Assembly: GCF_006345805.1 (NCBI RefSeq)
Contig: NC_043002.1
Location: 108,376,001 to 108,440,000, forward strand
Length of the DNA stretch: 64,000 nt
Origin: Octopus sinensis
Lineage: Eukaryota
Direction of reading: 5' to 3'
The translations under genes and the position numbers were made by a program. A model generated the notes under the pieces. The model did not search any database, was not told where the DNA came from, and saw only the letters and a list, made by a program, of their open reading frames with translations. Numbering within the stretch: the stretch's first letter is position 1; the number at the start of each line of letters is the position of its first letter. This document shows positions 38,380-50,880 of the stretch, piece after piece.

Positions 38380-38700
38380 AAAACAAGGACGGGTCATTCG
38401 GATTTTTCTTTCTTCAGTCGAGTTCCAGATTATCCTTGCACTTTCGGCTGGTTATACTTGAGATTGCTCTAATCTGGCCAGCCCCAAGGAAAAACTAAGC
38501 TAAGAGCATTAGATTTCTTGGAAGAAAGCAGCGAATGTATACGAAAACAAGGACAAAAAAAAAACGGATAATGTTACACAAATACAAATAACAGGACATG
38601 ACAACAGGAGTCTTTCGATTAAGGACGAATTAAATTAAGCTGGCGTGTGTGGAAGTAAAGCCTTACAGCAGGGATACAAGATTTCACCGGCACAGGGAGG
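38380..38700 (-). repeat. Unclassified (possibly Penelope-like) repeat, related to 62600-63020 and 47935-48110
   Basis: Shared CCAAGAAATCTAATGCTC..AGCTTAGTTTTT..TTGGGGCTGGCCA and GACTGAWGA..GAATGACC blocks. Confidence 0.6.
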
Positions 38701-38707
38701 AATATAG

Positions 38708-38808
<101 letters not shown>

Positions 38809-39067
38809 GGTAAGATATAGAAACAGATATAGAGAGATGAACAGACAGATGGATAGCTATATAGGTAGATAGACCAGCATTTGTGTGTATGCAGTGCATG
38901 TTTTCTTGAATACATGTGAGCTGGCAGAAATGTTAGCATGCTGGGTGAAATGCTTGGTGGTAAGACTTTTGAAAAATAACCACAGCTGTAATAGGTAGAA
39001 CTGCATGCATTTTTGACCTCATGTTGATGTCTGGCATGTAGTTCTGCAAATTATATTTGTATAGACG

Positions 39068-39144
39068 ATCATACTGAAGATCTACAGATAAATTATGTAA
39101 GTAAAATTACGTAATTTGTTGATGGTGAAACATGTGTTTATGAT
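39068..39144 (+). ncRNA. Type I hammerhead ribozyme motif with long stem II
   Basis: Stem I ATCATA/TATGAT (6 bp), CTGAAGA at 39074, stem II core AAATTATGTAA/TTACGTAATTT, GAAA at 39127, stem III AC(ATGT)GT, GUU site. Confidence 0.65.
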
Positions 39145-39295
39145 TAATCTATATTTTTGTTACTTTTCATTTGTCTTGCTCGCTTACGTTTCTGGTGTTT
39201 GCTAAATTTTCTAGAGAACAATTCTTAGTGGTTAAGATCATAGCGGATCTTCTTCTAGCATAAGGGTTTCCACATAGTGGTAAAATTTCCTCTTA

Positions 39296-39343
<48 letters not shown>

Positions 39344-39627
39344 CAGTGGGAAATCTTGAATACAAGAGATTATTTTCCCACTCTCAATTCAATTAAACAT
39401 TCGCTGATGCCGATCTTCCTTACACTTTTAACAGACATCAATTTCCTGTTTTACCAATATTTGTATAAACCATTCAGAAATATTTTCAATTCATTTTATC
39501 ATCATCACCATCCTTTCCATTACATCTAATTAAGACAGGACATATTTGACATTGCTGTTGACACAATGGCTACCTAAGTCTTCAGAGAGATGATTCCTTG
39601 TATGTTTTAAATAAAAAATAAAAAAGA

Positions 39628-41150
39628 CAGGTGCAGGAGTGGTGTGTGGTAAGTAGCTTGTTTATCAACCACAAGGTTCTGGGTTCAGTCCCACTGCATG
39701 ACACCTTGGACAAGTGTCTTCTATTATAGTTTCAGGCCAACCAAAGCCTTTTGAGTGGATTTGGTAGATGGAAACTGAAAGAAGCCTGTCATATATATAT
39801 GTATAGTTGAAATTTACAGAAAAACAAAAGATAAAGAAAGGTGTATAAACAACAAGCTGTATAATATGTATTTGTGTGTCTGCGTTTTCCCCCCCACCAT
39901 CACTTGACAACCTATGTTGGTGTGCTAATGTCCCCGTAACTTAGTGTTCTGGCAAAAGTACTAGGCTTACAAAGAATAAGTCCTGGGGTCAATTTGTTTG
40001 ACTAAAGGCGGTGCTCCAGCATGGCTGCAGTCACATGACTGAAACAAATAAAAGAATAAAAATATAACAAACTTTACTCTTTTACTTGTTTCAGTCATTT
40101 GACTGCAGCCATGCTGGAGCACCGCCTTTAATCGAGCAACTCGACCCCGGGACTTATTCTTTTGTAAGCCCAGTACTTACTCTATCGGACTCTTTTGCCG
40201 AACCGCTAAGTAACGGGGACATAAACACACCAGCATTGGTTGTCAAGCAATGCTAGGGGGACAAACACAGACACACAAACACACACACGCATATATATAT
40301 ATACATATATACGATGGGCTTCTTTCAGTTTCCGTCTACCAAATCCACTCACAAGGCTTTGGTCGGCCCGGGGCTATAGTAGAAGACACTTGCCCAAGGT
40401 GCCACGCAGTGGGACTGAACCCGGAACCATGTGGTTGGTAAACAAGCTACTTACCACACAGCCACTCCTGCGCCTATTGATCATTTTTATCAAACTGTTG
40501 ATCATTTTTATGAGGTTTCTGTAGCATTGCATGGAGCAGTCATGTGATCCCTTGTCAGGGCTGAGTTCACTGTAAAGAATTTGATGTAGCAGTCAGGTGC
40601 TATCTGTATGGTTGGACCTGCGGCCAGATTAAGACCCTCAGAAGCTCTAAGCACTTGAAAGATTTTAGTGCCCCCCCTCCTCCCACATAAATGTAATTCA
40701 AAATATAAACAATAATATGAAATAAATTTATATTTTTCAATATAAAACAACACTAACAGGCGCAGGAGTGGCTGTGTGGTAAGTAGCTTGTCTATCAACC
40801 ACATGGTTCCGGGTTCAGTCCCACTGCGTGGCACCTTGGGCAAGTGTCTTCTACTATAGCCCTGGGCTGACCAAAGCCTTGTGAGTGGATTTGGTAGACA
40901 GAAACTGAAAGAAGCCCGTCGTATATATGTATATATATATATGCGTGTGTGTGTTTGTCCCTTAGCATTGCTTGACAACTGATGCTGGTGTGTTTATGTC
41001 CCCGTTACTTAACGGTTCGGCAAAAAGAGACCGATAGAATAAGTACTGGGCTTACAAAGAATAAGTCCCGGGGTCGATTTGCTTGATTAAAGGCGGTGCT
41101 CCAGCATGGCTGCAGTCAAATGACTGAAACAAGTAAAAGAGTAAAGAGTA
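39628..41150. mobile_element. Three SINE-B copies: 39628-40060 plus, 40075-40477 minus, 40757-41150 plus
   Basis: The first two are tail-to-tail with a ~15-bp spacer. The last two are near-identical and inverted. Confidence 0.92.
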
Positions 41151-41421
41151 ACAGTAAAATGGAAAATAATGTCTATTTTTGTATCTTTCCACTTTATTTA
41201 TATTTAAAAAGTTTCGTCTTACTATTTTAATTGCGAACTCCTTGATCAGATCTTCATTATGAAACCATGAATACTTCAAAATTTATTTCTGATCATATAA
41301 ACCACTTTGACTATTCTTTGAGCAAATTTGAAGTGATTTTTTTTTTGCACCATAAACCATTTACCATTTCTGTGGTGCCCCACTTCTCTTGATGCCCTAA
41401 GCACATATTTACTTTGCTTAA

Positions 41422-41642
41422 CCCTTTCATTATCAACCCGGCCAAAACCGGCTCTGGCTCTGTAGTATTAATGTCTTGTTTTCATAGGTTTTTCATTAAA
41501 ATCTTCCACCAAACCTTAATCACAATTTATGTTCCTAACACTAACTTCATGATAACTAAGTTATTTTACTAAATTCTTTATTATGCTTAAAGTAATTGAA
41601 AGAAATGCAGAGCATCTCAAAATAAATACAGTAACGAAAGGG
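41422..41642. mobile_element. piggyBac-type MITE
   Basis: TTAA CCCTTTC..GAAAGGG TTAA. Confidence 0.9.
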
Positions 41643-41646
41643 TTAA

Positions 41647-41990
41647 TGGTTGATCCAGTGCTCAGTGGACATGGCCGACCCATCTGAGACAATGTTTGGC
41701 GATGATGATGATGGCATCATTGCTGTTGGTTTTGGCCTGTTGAAGGAGCAGAAGTTTGCTAACATGGTCGTTCCATTTGATGTTTGTAACTGGCGGCAGT
41801 TTTTGTTGAAGGAATCATTCCTGTTTCCAGACATACCATTCACACAAAGTAGGGTGACGTACAAACAACCATGGCTTGATGCACCATGAGTTTGGTTTGT
41901 AGTTTCAGGTTCTTGATTCCAAAGACATGCTGAAAGTTTTCCAAAAGCAACATAGCATGATATTATCAAGATCAGCAGAGAACAGTTTAA
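41647..41990 (-). mobile_element. Decayed RTE C-terminal fragment
   Basis: An alternative frame gives NIKWNDHVS..AKHCLRWVGHVH, the RTE thumb and C-terminal signature. Confidence 0.7.
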
Positions 41991-42290
41991 AGAATATCAT
42001 AAAAAAAAAAATAAAGATAAACATCTATGATGAAAGACCTACCAACTTTACCCAAGGCTTTCACCGACCATCAGATATGACTTCTGTGGACAATTGTTCC
42101 ATGCAAAAAATCAGCCTTGCCAGCCATCACAGGCACCAGCTTAAACCAGGAAATACAAATGAAGAAGGAAATACTCAGAAATGAAGAGGAGTCAAGAGGA
42201 TGAGACAAGTTCCTACTTCCTATTGTGATGAACTGCATAGATTAAGCTATTTATATTTATGTATTTATTATTATATATTTATATTTGTGT

Positions 42291-42601
42291 TTCACCATGA
42301 TCACCGTGACCGACCAGGCTATCAGATGTTGCTACACATCGCTGGCCACCATGAGCTTCACATTGTTTTAGCCTTCGAATGACGCCACCCCGCAGGCTAA
42401 GCGAGCAGGCCAACAGAGGAAAGAGTGAGAGAAAGTTGTGGCGAAAGAGTACAGCAGGGGTCGCCACTACCCCCTGCCGGAGCCTCGTGGAGCTTTAGGT
42501 GTTTTCGCTCAATAAACACTCACAACGCCCGGTCTGGGAATCGAAACCACGATCCTACGACCGCGAGTCCGCTGCCCCAACCACTGAGCCATTGCGCCTC
42601 C
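42291..42601 (-). mobile_element. SINE family E, tail type 2
   Basis: Same head and body as 6294-6678 but a different 3' end. ATATTTGT flanks both sides. Confidence 0.9.
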
Positions 42602-43432
42602 ACATATTTGTATTTAAATGTTTATATTATCTATGTCAGCTGTTTATGGCTAAGTATAAAAACGGGTTGTGATGAGGTAAGTTTACTTTGCCAGCAAGAC
42701 ATAAGACGATATGAATGATTGAATATGCTGAATGTTGATGTTGGAAAATTGATCCCAAGATCAGGAGTTGAAACTGAAGTTAATTGTCTCCTATAATTCC
42801 TGTGTTCTGTGGCAAAGGCTTATAACTGCTTCATTTATTAAGCCTGTCTATAATGAAGAGATGTCTCAGAGATATAAGGTTTGGAACAACTTGTCTATTG
42901 TAGTAAATCTTGTTTGCCAACATAACATGGCAGTCCTGGTTTAGGACTAATGTTGCTCTAATTTAGCCTCAGGAGACATCATCTCCAACTGGCTATACAA
43001 CACGATCTGTGTCCTAATATTTTCGAACAAGAGAACTATAGCATCCCCACCCAGCTCAAAACAATATCTCTGTATTGCGATTTCCAGGTTATTTCCCTTC
43101 ATCAGCACAATAATTGTTTGGCTAGAGGTGGCGCTGCCAAATTCCCGTTTGAAATATATAGTTTTCAAAGTGACAACTAGTCACTGATTTTTAAATTAGA
43201 AAATTACCATCTTCAAATCTCACAACATAAGTCCAAAACCAGGACTGCCATGTTATGTTGACAAACAATATTTACTACAAAGTACTGTTGCTGAATATCT
43301 CACATTGTGAGATTTGAAAATGGTAATTTTTTAACTTGTCTATTGACCAGAAATTTAAACCTACCATGAATTTTATTGTGTTTCTGAATAGAAATACTTA
43401 ACTCTATATTGCCTCACTTCATGTAGCTATTG

Positions 43433-43466
<34 letters not shown>

Positions 43467-44001
43467 AACACATGGAAAATTGCATGATATAGTCTAGCTT
43501 CTTATCCAGGAGGAGATTTGTCTCACATTTATACTGAATACCACTAAATAACATATGGATAGCCTCTCTAAGAGGTCTCTGTTTAGTGCTTAGAAGGCAC
43601 TGATTTTTTATTATACATTGCCTGATGAATGACAAGAATTGATAACACAAACTAAGCATGGCTGCATGACTAAGAAATTGAGTTTGCAGTCACAGGGTTC
43701 TGGGTTCAATACTACAGCAGCATCTTGGGGAAATATCTTCTGGCAATAGCCATGTGAGTGAGACTGAAATGAGAGAAACTATGTAGATGCTCTTTCAATG
43801 GTCAGAACCAATTCCTGGCTGACTAACAAAAACCTATTGTCCAGTTCCATCCCACCGTTTTATTCTTGGGTATATTAAGTCCATTTTGTTGCAAACATTT
43901 CTAGGAAGATCTTTGGGCTGAATATAAACTTTATTCCTTCTTCCCAAAGACTCTGCAAAACAAGGTTATAGGTGTTGCCCTTTTTCCTCTGGTTAAGCCA
44001 T

Positions 44002-44750
44002 CAACATCGCTGACGACATCGCTCTTATCAGTGATTCTCTCTCCAATGCCCAGTCTCTTTTACAATCTCTTGAACAAGCCTCAAATTGTGTAGGTCTTTA
44101 CCTCAATGAGTCCAAGACTGAATATGTAAACAAGTGCCTGTCCACCAGTGATTTCATCATCCATACTCTCAACAATATGCCCTTAAATATGGTTTCTGAT
44201 TACAAATATCTTGGGTCATACATATCATCATCCGAAAAAGATTTTCTAACTAGAAAGGGTATAGCCTGGTAAGCCTGTAATGATATGCATAAGATCTGGT
44301 CATCAAACTTAAAATCTTCAAAGCCACAGTCGAACCAATTCTACTATATGGCTCAGAAACCTGGACGTTATCAAATAAGCTTGAGAGGCAGTTGGATGGA
44401 ACTTACACTCGCCTCCTTATGAGAGCTCAAAATCTCTCATGGAAGCGTCATCCAACCAAAGTACAAATATATGGGAAACTACCACCTGTATCATCTCTTG
44501 TGGAAGGTAGAAGAGTCCAGTTTGCTGGACATTGTTGCAGAGCTGAAAACGAGGTAATTTCTACTCTTCTCCTCTGGAAGCCATCTACTCGCGATACCAG
44601 AGGGCGCACATTCTCCTACCCTGATGTAATCTCCAGGGATACAGGCATCCAGCAACAAGACCTCCGTAATGCTATGATGGACTGTGAAGTCTGGCATAAC
44701 ATAGTAAATTCCATTGTCTTGACCATGGTCGAATAATGATGATGATGAAG
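44002..44750 (+). mobile_element. RTE/RTEX-like LINE 3' fragment (family 3)
   Basis: ADDIALIS..LNESKTEY..YKYLGS..PILLYGSETW..RRVQFAGHC..VWHNIV, with a (TGA)n tail. Confidence 0.92.
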
Positions 44751-44769
44751 CCATAAGGAATATTACTTG

Positions 44770-45235
44770 CATTATCATCATCATCATCACCACTATCATC
44801 ATCACCACCACCATCATCACCACTATCATCATCACCACCATCATCATTACCACTATCATCATCATCATCATCATCATCACTATCAGCATCATCATTACCA
44901 CCACCATTATCACCACCATCATCACCACCATCATCATCATCATCACCACCACCATCATCACCACTATCATCATCACCATCATCATCATCACCACTACCAT
45001 CATCATCATCATGCCCTACTGTTGTAAACCAGAATCAAGAGAGTATGTATTTGTATCAACAAAATACTCGTACACACATGTTTGTATGTATGCATGCATG
45101 CATGTGTGTGTGGGAGGGGGTGTATGAGTATGCATGTATGTATATGCATGTATGCCTGTGTATGTATATATGTATGCATGTATGTATGTGCATATATGAA
45201 TGTATGTATGTGTGAGTGTTTGTATCATTCATGTT
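44770..45235. repeat. (CAT/CAC)n mosaic with ~30-bp higher-order period, followed by (TG/TA/ATGT)n
   Basis: CACTATCAT recurs at 44791, 44821 and 44851. Confidence 0.9.
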
Positions 45236-45933
45236 AACACAGGAAAATGCATGTAAACAGGGAGAAAAGAACAAAAACTAAAAAATTAAGTTTAAAAACA
45301 AAAAAGAAAAAATCAATCTGACAGCTATTTTTGATAATATTTACTAAAACTGAAGCTATTTCTATCTCTTAAACTCTTACTAAAATTATTTTGATCCTTG
45401 CATAGTTCAGAGATCCTTGCAAAGTCATGGCCCCTTTCCTTCCAACACTAAATCATAACAAAAAAACCCCCAAAAAAACAACAAAAAAAACCTTTTTAAA
45501 TATATAAAAATATAAAGTTCTGTGGAACAAATATTTCGACCTGTGTTGTTTTTGACAATCAATATTTGAGTATTGAATAAAATTACAAACATTTTGGAGG
45601 TCCTTCGTCAGCGCAGCATTAAATTACATCAAACTAAAGAATATCTGGAAATATTGCTACTTTTTCCAATAAAACACAAACAAACGAACCAACAAATGTG
45701 TTGTTTGTTTAGAAATAGCGGCTGTCTTTCAGGAAATAATCTGGTATTAGTTACAGAATTAGCCATGAAAATAGCTGGAGTTATGCTGTTAGTTTCTTAC
45801 AGAACAAGTAATCGTTCATTCCATAAAAATCTGTTTACAAACAACTTCCTCCTACTTTGAAGTTATTTCCTCTAAATTATTATTAAACTTGTCTTTTTGT
45901 CTTCTTTTTTATATTTTTTACCTGAACCATTTT

Positions 45934-46139
45934 TACTCTTTTACTTGTTTCAGTCATTTGACTGCGGCCATGCTGGAGCACCGCCTTTTTAGTCAAGCAA
46001 ATCGACCCCAGGACTTATTCTTTGTAAGCCCAGTACTTATTCTATCGGTGTCATTTGCCGAACCGCTAAGTGACGGGGACGTAAACACACCAGCATTGGT
46101 TGTCAAGCAATGCTAGGGGACAAACGCAGACACACAAAC

Positions 46140-46198
<59 letters not shown>

Positions 46199-46363
46199 TA
46201 CAACAGGCTTCTTTCAGTTTCCGTCTACCAAATCCACTCACAAGGCATTGGTTGGCCTGGAGCTATAGCAGGAGACACTTGCCCAAGATGCTACGCAGTG
46301 GGACTGAACCTGGAACCATGTAGTTGATTAGCAAGCTACTTACCACACAGCCACTCCTGCGCC
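45934..46363 (-). mobile_element. Full-length SINE-B
   Basis: Matches the family consensus. Confidence 0.92.
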
Positions 46364-46725
46364 TTTTTTGTTATTTTATTTATTTATCGTTATCTTTGAT
46401 CATCATTAACGAAGTCTAATATTTTTGGTTAGAAATTCAAATTTCACCCTACAACTGACATATACACAAGGGGGTATATGCTGAAAAGTTCCTGGCTTTC
46501 ATCACCCCTTCATATATATGAGAGGTATTGGTATCCAGAAGATCCAAGATGGCAGGTAAGGCTATGTAAGTGCTATGGAAGGACCGTAGTTAAACTCTCG
46601 GTTCAATAATGATATGAATGAGGAGTCTAATGCGGGTCTTGTTTGAGCATGTATATGTTAAATAAAATGAGACAACAAAACCAAGGCTGTGAGGAGTTTT
46701 CAGGACATTTATAAAGAGGAAGTTA

Positions 46726-46773
46726 GTCTTACAGCTGTTTCTGGGATATTAGGGATATCCCTTCATCAGAGAC
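46726..46773 (-). ncRNA. Minimal type I hammerhead ribozyme
   Basis: Minus strand: GTCT CTGATGA A GGGATAT CCCTA ATATCCC A GAA ACAGCTGT A AGAC. Confidence 0.75.
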
Positions 46774-46891
46774 GATGAGAGATGGGGGAAATATTAGAGT
46801 TCAATATGAGGAGTTATATATACTCCTTATTTTCCAAAATAACTCCTCATATTGAACACTACTATTTCCCTCTATTTAACTCTCTCATATT

Positions 46892-46939
46892 GTCTCTGAT
46901 GAAGGGATATTCCTAATGTCCCAGAAACGGCTGTAAGAC
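46892..46939 (+). ncRNA. Minimal type I hammerhead ribozyme
   Basis: GTCT CTGATGA A GGGATAT TCCTA ATGTCCC A GAA ACGGCTGT A AGAC. Confidence 0.72.
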
Positions 46940-47033
46940 TAACTTTCTCATTATAAATGTCCTGAAAATTCCACACAGCCTTGGCTTTGTTGTGTCATTT
47001 TATTTAACACACACACACACACACACACATATA

Positions 47034-47246
47034 CTAGGTGTTGCTGAAAAGTTCCTGGCTTCAGGTAAAAAAAAATACAAGAGGATCATTTAATTATGAT
47101 TTTATTGAACATATTCCCCTCTCAGATTCACACACTTATTATAGCAGTCCTACAGTTTTTCTAAGCCTTGTAAAAAGAATCCAAAAGGCTGGGCCACCAA
47201 CCAGGTCTTTCACAACACATTTAAGCAAGGAACTTTTCAACAACCC

Positions 47247-47250
<4 letters not shown>
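47034..47250. mobile_element. Mariner-derived MITE
   Basis: TIR GTTGCTGAAAAGTTCC..GGAACTTTTCAACAAC, TA-flanked. Orphan TIR near 46470. Confidence 0.8.
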
Positions 47251-47296
<46 letters not shown>

Positions 47297-47300
<4 letters not shown>

Positions 47301-47927
47301 GTCATCCCATAAGTTCTGTCCGAATTTTGAATGAAGAAAACAAGTGATCAAATGTTATATTTAATTGAAATTTAATCATCAATGTACTTTCCCTAATTAT
47401 CTATGACTTCCTTCCATCTATTTACAAGCTTTTTAATCCCATCAATGTAAAACTCTTTTGGTTTCAAAGCGAAGAACTCTGAAATGTCAGTTTCAACCTC
47501 CTCCTGGCTTGTGAAAGTTATGTCCCCCAAATGATTCTGTAAACTACGAAACAAATGGTAGTCTGAAGGAGGAAGGTCGGGAGAATAAGGTGGATGAGGA
47601 ATTTTTTTCAAACCAAGCTCTTCGATCTTCTGTGATGTGATCTTTGCAGTGTTGGGTCACACATTGTCCTGATGAAACATCACTCCTTTTTGATTGTACT
47701 CATAAAGCATTATGTGCCTCAAATGCTCGTTGGATACTTCCATGTTAGAAAGGGTTTTAATCAAAGAAATTTTAATTCTATTATTCTGTAAAATAATATT
47801 TAATTAGTTTAAATGTACACAAATGCATAAAAATAATTTTTAATTCCATTAGACATTCTAAAATACTATTAAATTTCATTCAATTTTTAAAAAGGTAAAA
47901 TTGGACAGAACTTATGGGATGGCCTGA
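47297..47927 (-). mobile_element. Internally deleted mariner with transposase C-terminus
   Basis: TIRs TCAGGTCATCCCATAAGTTCTGTCC / GGACAGAACTTATGGGATGGCCTGA, TA TSD. HPPYSPDLPPSDYHLFRSL at 47393-47611. Confidence 0.95.
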
Positions 47928-48117
47928 TATATGTAACTGTCTGAAATGGTCGTGACTTCTGGTACTTGACTGATGAAAGATAGCCAAGAATGACCTTTCT
48001 TTTTTTTGCCTGTCCTTCTAATTGTTGTTTCTCTTGTCCGCCTTTGTGTTGTCTATCTGTCTGAATGTTTTAATGCCCTCTATTGCGTTTTTGTTCCATT
48101 TTTATATTTGTATATAT

Positions 48118-48170
<53 letters not shown>

Positions 48171-48359
48171 CTCACCGTCTGTTATTTGGTGCTTTCTGGT
48201 GGTTGTATATTAGGGATTTAGCTCCTATTTCTAAACAGGTCAATGCTGTTTCCTCATCCTTGTGCCTCGTGCTAACTTTAAATTTTATAGCTATTTTATG
48301 TTATTTGACCTGTTCAGCTGCCTATGTTACTACTGTTAATATCATTTAAAAATATTTAC

Positions 48360-49250
48360 CATAGATGATATTAAAAGTATCCGGACTGTTGCCATTAGTA
48401 ACAACACTAAAGCATACAAAGTAAAGCTGTTTGGTACAGATTGATCTTGACCTCTGCTGTGCATGTGCACTAAGTTTTAATGTTCTAGCTCACTTCTGCA
48501 GTTTACAGCAGTGCTTGGAAGGAAGGTGTGTAGCGTGTGATCATCACATTGACCATGACAGAGAAAGGTGTCATGGTGATACCTGCTGAGAGGCCTACAC
48601 AAAGTTGCAGAAGTGTATGGAGAGGAGTATATGAGCTGTACACAAGTGTACGGGTGGTTCAGATGTTTCCAAGCTGGCCAAAAAAATGTCGATATTAATG
48701 AACATTCTGGAGACCCAAAACCAGCAGCACTGAGAAAAACATCGCAAATGTACATGCAGCTGTGAGGGGAAATCTTCGAATCACCATCCGTGAATTAGAG
48801 GATGTGCAGATTAGTTACAGTTCAGTTCAGTCCATTATCACTGAAGATTTGGGTATGAGACGTGTGCCTGCTAATTTTGTGCTAAAACTGCTTTCAGCTG
48901 ACCAAAAGGACACTCATGTTTCAGTTGCACAAGATCTCCTTGATTGTGTCAAGCAGGATGAAAATTTTTTGAAAACCTTGCATAGGCCTCTGACCAGGTA
49001 TCGTCAAACTTTTGGCAAGATTTCATGCAGATTCTCTGCTCAACTTTATCTGTCGAAGTCAATGCGACAATCACTCGCTACACACCTTCCTTCCAAGTAC
49101 TGCTGTAAACAGCAGAAGTGAACTAGAACATTAAAACTTAGTGCACATGCACAGCAGAGTTCAAGGTCAATCTGTGCCAAGTGGCTTCACTCTTCATGGT
49201 TTAGCTTCGTTACTATAGCAACAGTCCGGATACTTATTGATCAGACCACA
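48360..49250 (+). mobile_element. Deleted mariner with ~200-bp inverted ends and transposase N-terminal remnant
   Basis: AAGTATCCGGACTGTTGC../..GCAACAGTCCGGATACTT with long subterminal inverted arms. RITIRELE..LGMRRVPANFVLKLLS is the WVPRLL-equivalent region. Confidence 0.88.
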
Positions 49251-49270
49251 TATATACATATATATATATA

Positions 49271-49666
49271 TCTTTATATATAAAAGAGAGGTTATGTGTC
49301 TGTCTCCTACGATTTAGATTCCTAACTACTCCCACATTTTGCGGTGCAGTTTAACCAAAACCGGGTATCTTATAGTCGTGATTCATATCGAGCCCTTATG
49401 GGTATTAGCGCGCGTCTACGATGAGTCTACGATTTTAAAAAAATTTACCATCATTTTTTTCCATTTTAATGCATTTTTTCGCTATTATATAAGGGAAGTA
49501 ACTCTCTAAAAATGTCTACAATGAGTCAACAATTTAAGAAAAAGTTTACCATAATTTTTTTTCCATTTTTAATGCATTTTTTGCTATTTTTTGGCTATAA
49601 CTCTCTAAAAATGCTTATATAGTTATTTCCCTTACAAACCCGAGCAACGCCGGGCGATACTGCTAG
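49271..49666 (+). mobile_element. Non-autonomous Helitron (396 bp)
   Basis: A/TC start, CCCGAGC-AAC-GCCGGG hairpin, CTAG/T end, internal ~50-bp direct repeat, no TSD. Confidence 0.92.
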
Positions 49667-50203
49667 TATGATGTATATATATGTATATATATATTTGTTG
49701 CCATCTACTACATCTGCTCACAAGGCTTTTGTTGGCCAGGGCCTGTTGTGGAAAGAACTTGCCCATGGTGCTTTGCAATAGGACTGAACTTGGGACCACA
49801 AGTTTCAGAAAAAGCTTCATAACAAATGATTCCCAGTTTATTCTTAGCTTTAAGAATAATTAGACCTGCAACTGTCCTTATAACCACACCTTCTATCCAA
49901 GATGTTATGAAGAAAAAGGAGTGAAGAAGAAGATTCTATTCTATGTCTTATAATGATTTCTTAGAAAACATTTCTGCTGCAATTATGAATTAACTGATAA
50001 GATTTTAATGTTAGTAATATTGTATTAGATTTTATAGACATTAATTTGGGGGAGAAATTAGAAACAAGCCTGGACCGGACATCTGTTGTCTTGTCTGTGA
50101 GACAAACTATCTTGTAGAGATAGTCTTTACGTTATTAAACAGACATGATATTAATTCAACCTGATTTAATCTTTGCTTTTCTGATTGTGTATTATTAAAT
50201 TTG

Positions 50204-50592
50204 GAGGCGCAATGGCCCAGTGGTTAGGGCAGCGGACTCGCGGTCATAGGATCGCGGTTTCGATTCCCAGACCGGGCGTTATGAGTGTTTATTGAGCGAA
50301 AACACCTAAAAGCTCCACGAGGCTCTGGCAGGGGATGGTGGTGATCCCTGCTGTACTCTTTCACCACAACTTTCTCTCACTCTTACTTCCTGTTTCTGTT
50401 GTACCTGTATTTCAAAGGGCCGGTCTTGTCACTCTCTGTGTCACGCTGAATATCCCCCGAGAACTACGTTAAGGGTACACGTGTCTGTGGAGTGCTCAGC
50501 CACTTACACGTTAATTTCATGAGCAGGCTGTTCTGTTGATTCGGATCAACCGGAACCCTCGTCGTCGTAACCGACGGAGTGCTTCCATCCAA
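50204..50592 (+). mobile_element. SINE family E, tail type 1
   Basis: 11-bp TSD TATTAAATTTG. Near-identical to 6294-6678. Confidence 0.93.
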
Positions 50593-50880
50593 TATTAAAT
50601 TTGAACCAAATCATAACCAGATATAACAAAGATACTACAAGAGTAGACTTATAAAAGAAGGTTTACCCTTTTAGTATGGTGGTAGTTAGTTGTATGCTCT
50701 TCACTGATTGTTCACAATGTGAGGTAGGTTGCATGTGTAGACAATGGTCATGTTAGACTTTAATTGAACATTCAAATATTTTATTAACTAGCATCATTAC
50801 ACTTCCAAATCTACATCCATTAGATTAATGAATTTATGTTCAATAAACCTAACGATTAGGGAATATTCTGTACTCTCTCT

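Larger units (their letters stand above)
46656..47009. mobile_element. Fold-back (inverted) Penelope-derived element, ~165-bp arms
   Basis: 46656-46817 is an imperfect reverse complement of 46839-47009. Each arm carries a hammerhead motif. Confidence 0.85.

Noticed and set aside
41643-41969. 108-aa ORF looking like a novel protein
   Set aside because: An alternative frame is clearly RTE-derived.
44491-45027. Poly-His ORF and antisense Met/Val-rich ORF
   Set aside because: They come from a (CAT/CAC)n repeat next to a LINE tail. No splice or coding context.
45735-45810. Possible exon GNNLVLVTELAMKIAGVMLLVSYRT, superficially kinase-like
   Set aside because: It lies beside a PLE-like motif and the kinase similarity is too weak.
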